Shown here piece after piece: positions 58,995 through 64,000 of a stretch of DNA of 64,000 nucleotides. The notes below the pieces were generated by a model. That model had not been told where the DNA came from, ran no database searches, and saw only the letters and a program-made list of their open reading frames with translations. The position numbers and the translations under genes are program-made. The stretch's first letter is position 1. Every line of letters begins with the position of its first letter. Source of the DNA: an uncultured Verrucomicrobiota bacterium (GTDB lineage: Bacteria > Verrucomicrobiota > Verrucomicrobiia > Verrucomicrobiales > DEV007); assembly GCA_902510815.1 (NCBI GenBank), contig CABXDI010000002.1, forward strand, positions 37,344-101,343, in the 5' to 3' direction.

Positions 58995-60137
58995 ATGTCT
59001 AAACGTGATTACTATGAAATCCTTGGAGTATCCAAAGATGCTAGCGCCTCAGAAATTAAAAAAGCTTATAGAAAAGCAGCTGTAAAACATCACCCTGATA
59101 AGAATCCTGACGATCCTTCCGCAGAAGAAAGGTTTAAGGAAGCAGGGGAAGCATACGAAGTCCTAAGTGACGACCAAAAAAGGTCCACTTATGATAGGTA
59201 TGGGCATTCAGCCTTTGCAAATCAAGGGGGAGGAGGAGGAGGAAGAGGTGTAGATCCATTTGATGTTTTCAAAGAAGTTTTTGGCGGCGGCGGTGGCGGT
59301 GGCGGTGGCGGAATTTTTGAAGAACTTTTCGGTGGAACTGGCAGACGAAAAAGGAAAACAAATAATCGTGGCTCTGACTTACGTTATGATCTAGAAATCA
59401 CCCTAGAAGAAGCTGCTAGTGGAACGATCAAAGAACTGGAAATCGCAAAACCAGTCAAGTGTCAAGAATGCAATGGCTCAGGTTCCACTAGAGGCACCGG
59501 CACTTCATCTTGTTCAACGTGCGACGGACATGGTCAGGTAATATCTTCACGAGGTTTTTTTCAAGTTCAACAAACTTGTCCAGATTGCGATGGTACAGGA
59601 GAAATGATTAAGGACCCTTGTGCAACGTGTCGAGGAGATGGAAGAGCTGAAGAGCTTACAAGGATAAAATTAAAAGTACCATCGGGTATTTCTCACGGCT
59701 CAAGAATAAGATCCTCAGGAAATGGAGAAGCTGGCCTAAGGGGAGGCACTCCAGGAGATCTTTACGTTGTAATTCATATTGCTAAACATGAGATTTTCGA
59801 AAGGGAAGATAATGATTTATATTGCGAAATACCTATTCCTTTTTCCACAGCAGCTCTAGGAGGAGAACTTGAAGTACCTACCTTAGAGGGTAAGGCTTCC
59901 ATAAAAATTCCTCCTGGAACTCAAAGTTCGACGGTCTTTAGATTACGTGACCGAGGCGTACAATTTCTCAATTCCAATGAACGTGGCGATCTTCATGTCC
60001 AACTCCAAGTAGAAGTACCAATAAAATTAAATAAAGAGCAGAAGGAAGTAATCAATCAGTTCTCCAAATCTATAGGAAAGAAAAATTCGCCAATTAGGGA
60101 AAGCTTTTTTGAGAAAGCAAAACGTTTCTTTAACTAA
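58995..60137 (+). CDS. dnaJ: Molecular chaperone DnaJ
   Basis: J-domain with HPD, G/F linker, four CxxCxGxG zinc motifs. Confidence 0.98.
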   Translation: MSKRDYYEILGVSKDASASEIKKAYRKAAVKHHPDKNPDDPSAEERFKEAGEAYEVLSDDQKRSTYDRYGHSAFANQGGGGGGRGVDPFDVFKEVFGGGGGGGGGGIFEELFGGTGRRKRKTNNRGSDLRYDLEITLEEAASGTIKELEIAKPVKCQECNGSGSTRGTGTSSCSTCDGHGQVISSRGFFQVQQTCPDCDGTGEMIKDPCATCRGDGRAEELTRIKLKVPSGISHGSRIRSSGNGEAGLRGGTPGDLYVVIHIAKHEIFEREDNDLYCEIPIPFSTAALGGELEVPTLEGKASIKIPPGTQSSTVFRLRDRGVQFLNSNERGDLHVQLQVEVPIKLNKEQKEVINQFSKSIGKKNSPIRESFFEKAKRFFN

Positions 60138-60247
60138 TAAAATTTAATAACACCGCATTACGAATCTCTATCAATTAGAATTGAAAGAGAATATAATTAA
60201 TATAATCATGATTTATTGGATAATGACCAATTACTATCCATAAAATT

Positions 60248-60985
60248 ATGCCTAGATTCTACATAAAGCCCGAATCATGGGATCCAAATCATTTGGTACT
60301 TAAGGGGGATGAGTTTCATCACTGTGTAAATGTACTAAGATTAGAAACAGGTAACCAAATAGTTATCTTTAATGGCAATGGAGAAGAAATAACCTCGACA
60401 ATTAAATCGATTTCTAAAGATGAGGTTAAGTTAATAATTCACAAAAAAGCTCAATCTGAAAGACCGAAGACACGAATTTGTATAGGACAGGCGGTACCAA
60501 AAGGGAAGAACATGGATCTTATTATTGAAAAATCCACCGAGTTAGGTGCAGCTGAAATTTATCCAATAATTTCAGAAAGAACGATTATTCGACTCAACGA
60601 AAAAGAAAGTTTAAAGAAAAGAGAAAAATGGCAAAGGGTCGCTATCGAAGCCTGTAAACAATCTGGACAAAATTGGTTACCTACCGTAAACCAACCTCAA
60701 AATTTAATGAGTCTTTTCGAATCCACTGTCGGTGAATTCGACTTAATAGTAATCGCCTCACTTCAGGATGACTCTGAACATTTTAAAAAAATATTATCAG
60801 AATTTCAAGGAGATAGACTAAACTCAGTACTTATACTAATAGGTCCTGAAGGAGATTATACCCCTTCAGAAATCAAGTTTGCAGTCGATTCAGGAAGTAA
60901 ACCTATGAGCCTAGGCCCAATAACCCTTAGGTCCGAGACAGCTGCCATCTATTCATTAAGTATAATAGCTCATGAACTTCTATAG
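60248..60985 (+). CDS. rsmE: 16S rRNA (uracil1498-N3)-methyltransferase
   Basis: PRFYI start, KGKNMDLIIEKSTELG, LIGPEGDYTPSEI blocks. Confidence 0.9.
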   Translation: MPRFYIKPESWDPNHLVLKGDEFHHCVNVLRLETGNQIVIFNGNGEEITSTIKSISKDEVKLIIHKKAQSERPKTRICIGQAVPKGKNMDLIIEKSTELGAAEIYPIISERTIIRLNEKESLKKREKWQRVAIEACKQSGQNWLPTVNQPQNLMSLFESTVGEFDLIVIASLQDDSEHFKKILSEFQGDRLNSVLILIGPEGDYTPSEIKFAVDSGSKPMSLGPITLRSETAAIYSLSIIAHELL

Positions 60986-61040
60986 GGCATTTATCCTTTG
61001 AGATAAATCAACCTAAGAAAATATAGAAAGAATAAACTAA

Positions 61041-62021
61041 TTACTTTTTCACTACCCAAACGTTATTAAAACGTACTGGATTGCCATGATTCTGGAAAAA
61101 AACTGGACCAGGCTGTGGCCCCTCTCTCATAGGAGATGCTGTAGTAGCATGATCACATACAGTTTCATCATGAATGAGTACTCCATTATGGCGAACTGTC
61201 ATTTTTGCATTAGCGACTTTTTTTCCATCTTCAAATTTAGCAGCAGTAAAATCCACATCGTATGTTTGCCAGGTTAAAGGAGGGAAACACATATTAAAAG
61301 CTGGTGCTTTTGTTGAATAAATTCCGCCACACTCATTATGTTGGCCTTCCAAACCAAAAGAATCGAGAACTTGCACCTCGTATCGACCATGGGCATAGAA
61401 ACCACTATTACCACGTCCCTGACCTCGTGCTTTTGGCTTATAGGGTGTTCTAAATTCAAAATGAATTTTAAAGTCTCCAAACGTTTGTTTGCTTGTGCAT
61501 CCTTCCATTAAAAATCCGTCCTCACTGACACGACCACCTTTCCAAAGATCCGCTCCATGCTTCTTGCCATCAAAAAGAATCACAGCGCCTTCGGGAGGCT
61601 TAATACCCAAAGTAGGACTCTTTCTGACAACACGTTTCAAGCTACCCACCACCTCTCCATCAGAAGCTACATTCATAACTTCATCTTTTAGTATAACTTT
61701 GAGTCCGTTAGCCATTTCAAAGGATGTCTTTCCATCAACGGTTTCTCCTTTTCCACGAACCCTGTTTCCCTTGTCACCATTCCATCCAGCTCCAGGTAAA
61801 CCACCAGGATAGCCAACAACATCAAATTTTCCATCTCCTAAAGCGATAACTTGCGCGCCAGCCTTGCCTCCCTCAACTTCGCCAACATATTCTCCTTGTA
61901 GGGAATAATCTGCATCCACTTTAGAAGGATCTGTATAAGTACCATTCTTTGAAGGAGCAGACAACAAAGTTGCTTTAAATGCCAAGCTGAGGGAAAAAAA
62001 TATGAAAGTCTTTCTTTTCAT
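61041..62021 (-). CDS. Secreted DUF1080 (3-keto-disaccharide hydrolase-like, lectin fold) protein
   Basis: Signal peptide from ATG 62021. GNSGFYAHGRYEVQVLDS, CGGIY, WQTYDV, VRFNNVWV blocks. Confidence 0.8.
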   Translation of the reverse strand: MKRKTFIFFSLSLAFKATLLSAPSKNGTYTDPSKVDADYSLQGEYVGEVEGGKAGAQVIALGDGKFDVVGYPGGLPGAGWNGDKGNRVRGKGETVDGKTSFEMANGLKVILKDEVMNVASDGEVVGSLKRVVRKSPTLGIKPPEGAVILFDGKKHGADLWKGGRVSEDGFLMEGCTSKQTFGDFKIHFEFRTPYKPKARGQGRGNSGFYAHGRYEVQVLDSFGLEGQHNECGGIYSTKAPAFNMCFPPLTWQTYDVDFTAAKFEDGKKVANAKMTVRHNGVLIHDETVCDHATTASPMREGPQPGPVFFQNHGNPVRFNNVWVVKK

Positions 62022-62084
62022 TGTATGTGAGTTTAGTTTTTTATAATAATTATTATATTGAATAGACCTTAAACCCTTGTTGCA

Positions 62085-63260
62085 ATGCAAATATTACATC
62101 TTTCGTTAAAAATTCTCGCTTTAGGCTGTTTACTAACAACTTTATCTGGAGCAGCACCAAAAGCCAAATTCACTGTTGCCTACCCAAATTTGAAGATAAA
62201 AAAACCTGTATGGGTAAGTCTTCTTCCTGGAACTGATAAAGAACTCATCGTATCTCAAAGCGGAACTATCCATGAATTACCAAAAAATAAAGATTCAAAA
62301 TCGGCAGATGTTTGGTTTGATCTCACTTCCAAGGTACAAATTGAAAAAGACTTTGAGGAAGGACTTCTAGGGTTAATCTTCCATCCAAACCATAAATCGA
62401 ATGGAAAGTTTTATGTATACTACTCCAGACAAAGTCCAAAACGCTCAATACTTTCGGAATTCGTTGCAAAAAATGGTAAACCTGATCCAACGAGCGAAAG
62501 AATCATTCTTGAAATCAATCAGCCCTTCTGGAATCACGATTCTGGACAACCCTCTTTCGGACCAGACGGTTATCTATATCTCTCTACAGGAGATGGAGGA
62601 AAGGGTAACGATCCTTTACTCACCTCTCAAAATCTTTTCTCTCTACTAGGTAAGGTTCTCAGAATTGATGTAGATAAGAGATCGGGTGATTTAGCATACG
62701 GCATTCCCAAGGACAACCCTTTCGTTGATACTCCAGGAGCTAGACCCGAAATATGGTCCTATGGAATGCGTAATCCATGGGGATTGCATTTTGACAAACA
62801 AGGCCGACTATGGTGTGCTGACGTGGGTCAAGCTCTATGGGAAGAAGTCAATTTGATTGTAAAAGGTGGCAACTATGGATGGAGTTATCGCGAAGGCGCT
62901 CACGAATTTCCATTGAATCGTAATCCAGAATTAGTAACTGAAAAAGGTAAGGATCCAATTAAGCTCATTGATCCTATTCATGAATACGGACACGCATATG
63001 GAATTAGTATAACCGGTGGTGTTGTATACGAGGGTTCCCTTATTCCTGAGCTCAAGGGACACTACATTTATGGAGATTGGGGATCTGGATTTGTATGGGG
63101 ACTTAAGGTCAATAATAAAGGTGAAAAAACGGCCAATATGGTCATCAAAGAAAGGAACTCTCCTAAGGAAACATTTAAACCCACAGCATTTGTAGGGCGT
63201 TCAGATGGTGAAATTTGGGCCCTCTCTTGGGATGGTAAAATCTATGAACTTTCAAAATAA
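62085..63260 (+). CDS. Soluble PQQ-dependent sugar (glucose/sorbosone) dehydrogenase-like beta-propeller
   Basis: Signal peptide. HDSGQPSFGPDGYLYLSTGDGG, GMRNPWG, GGNYGW blocks. Confidence 0.85.
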   Translation: MQILHLSLKILALGCLLTTLSGAAPKAKFTVAYPNLKIKKPVWVSLLPGTDKELIVSQSGTIHELPKNKDSKSADVWFDLTSKVQIEKDFEEGLLGLIFHPNHKSNGKFYVYYSRQSPKRSILSEFVAKNGKPDPTSERIILEINQPFWNHDSGQPSFGPDGYLYLSTGDGGKGNDPLLTSQNLFSLLGKVLRIDVDKRSGDLAYGIPKDNPFVDTPGARPEIWSYGMRNPWGLHFDKQGRLWCADVGQALWEEVNLIVKGGNYGWSYREGAHEFPLNRNPELVTEKGKDPIKLIDPIHEYGHAYGISITGGVVYEGSLIPELKGHYIYGDWGSGFVWGLKVNNKGEKTANMVIKERNSPKETFKPTAFVGRSDGEIWALSWDGKIYELSK

Positions 63261-63872
63261 TTAGGCTTTAAATAACCATTTTTTTAAGGCTTCCAAAGCC
63301 TGAGAACGGTGACTAATGGAATTCTTAGTTTCTGAAGGCAACTCCGCGAATGTATTTTCATATCCTCGAGGAATAAATATAGAATCATAACCAAATCCAT
63401 TTTCACCTCTCTCGACGTCACAAATCGTACCCTGAACAGAACCCTCGAAAGTTGCTAATTTCTCGGAGCCCTTAACTAGGGTCATAACACATTTGAAAGA
63501 AGCTGACCAATCAGACATATCTGGATCAATCTCATTTAATTTTCGCAAAAGTTTTTTACGATTTTCGTCATCAGAAGCATTTTCACCAGCATATCGAGCA
63601 GAATAAACCCCTGGTTCACCACTCAATGCAACGACTTCAAGACCAGAATCGTCAGATAAAACCAAAGAATTTTCTCCCAAGAAATCGCCTACTGCAGATG
63701 CTTTTAGTGTGGCATTTTCCTCAAAATTCGCGCCAATTTCATCAATTTCACCAATTTCAGGGTATGATTTTAAGTCCTCAATAGTTTTAATATAAGGCCC
63801 TAATAATTTGCGAATTTCTTCTGTTTTGTGAGTATTACCAGTTGCAATAACCAAACGATTAATTTCATTCAT
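63261..63872 (-). CDS. rdgB: Non-canonical purine NTP pyrophosphatase (RdgB/HAM1)
   Basis: LVIATGNTHKTEEI, GFGYDSIFIP, SHRSQAL blocks. Confidence 0.93.
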   Translation of the reverse strand: MNEINRLVIATGNTHKTEEIRKLLGPYIKTIEDLKSYPEIGEIDEIGANFEENATLKASAVGDFLGENSLVLSDDSGLEVVALSGEPGVYSARYAGENASDDENRKKLLRKLNEIDPDMSDWSASFKCVMTLVKGSEKLATFEGSVQGTICDVERGENGFGYDSIFIPRGYENTFAELPSETKNSISHRSQALEALKKWLFKA

Positions 63873-63927
63873 AGTATAACTGTCGCTTTAACAAGTACGG
63901 TCTAAAGAAAACAATACCCCTAATCTC

Positions 63928-64000
63928 ATGTCTGAACGCCGTAAGCAATACCCTTTTGATAAAATTGAACCAAAATGGCAAATTCATTGGGATAAACAAA
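63928..64000 (+). CDS. leuS: Leucyl-tRNA synthetase, first 24 codons only (cut by window edge)
   Basis: MSERRKQYPFDKIEPKWQIHWDKQ matches the LeuRS N-terminal Y-x-F-x-x-IE-x-KWQ-x-x-W pattern. Confidence 0.7.
   Translation, partial: MSERRKQYPFDKIEPKWQIHWDKQ

Noticed and set aside
59225-59312. (GGA)n and (GGC/GGT)n simple repeats in dnaJ as possible phase-variation tracts
   Set aside because: They encode the normal Gly/Phe-rich linker of DnaJ. Trinucleotide slippage would stay in frame.

Overview
AT-rich, very gene-dense chromosomal window with about 60 protein genes and 2 tRNAs. I found no rRNA, CRISPR array, IS element, transposon, prophage or recognisable defence island. By inference only (no database search possible), the gene content suggests a marine PVC-superphylum heterotroph (Verrucomicrobiota/Planctomycetota-like). 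That content includes a secreted sulfatase, a DUF1080 protein, a soluble PQQ-type sugar dehydrogenase, a Tat-signal xylose-isomerase-like TIM barrel, a PQQ-like propeller with EF-hands, a GH13 enzyme, a STAS/PP2C pair and mostly SD-less starts. Layout, left to right: (1) 5'-truncated acnB at the left edge. (2) A mixed housekeeping/envelope stretch: cvfB-like, GH13, cytochrome c peroxidase, desaturase, sulfatase, fxsA, yebC, SOUL-mazG, TerC-family, coaX plus ROK kinase. (3) A nitrogen module of an OM beta-barrel and amt, each behind a near-consensus sigma54 promoter. (4) xerC/D and an orphan hisF. (5) A bioA-DUF3311-SSS transporter operon. (6) The classic minus-strand block tRNA-Thr, tuf, tRNA-Trp, secE, nusG, rplKAJL, rpoBC (26.8-40.0 kb). 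(7) ymdB, an amidase, PrsW, a repeat lipoprotein and PpiC. (8) An OvoA-C-terminal-type methyltransferase plus M29-like peptidase pair, then an SDR. (9) Two tandem secreted Deg/PDZ protease paralogues, the second with a degenerate triad. (10) HAD, cysE-sprT, and STAS plus GAF-PP2C directly upstream of grpE-dnaJ. (11) rsmE, DUF1080, GSDH, rdgB and the first 24 codons of leuS. I found no convincing novel multi-gene system. The best leads are an orphan plus-strand intrinsic terminator (candidate antisense sRNA) in the rplL-rpoB spacer, the twin sigma54-driven porin/amt module, the active/degenerate Deg protease pair, the partner-switching pair next to grpE-dnaJ, and two unexplained operon pairings (bioA with an SSS transporter; methyltransferase with an M29-like protein). 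All family assignments are by-eye motif recognition on the supplied translations.
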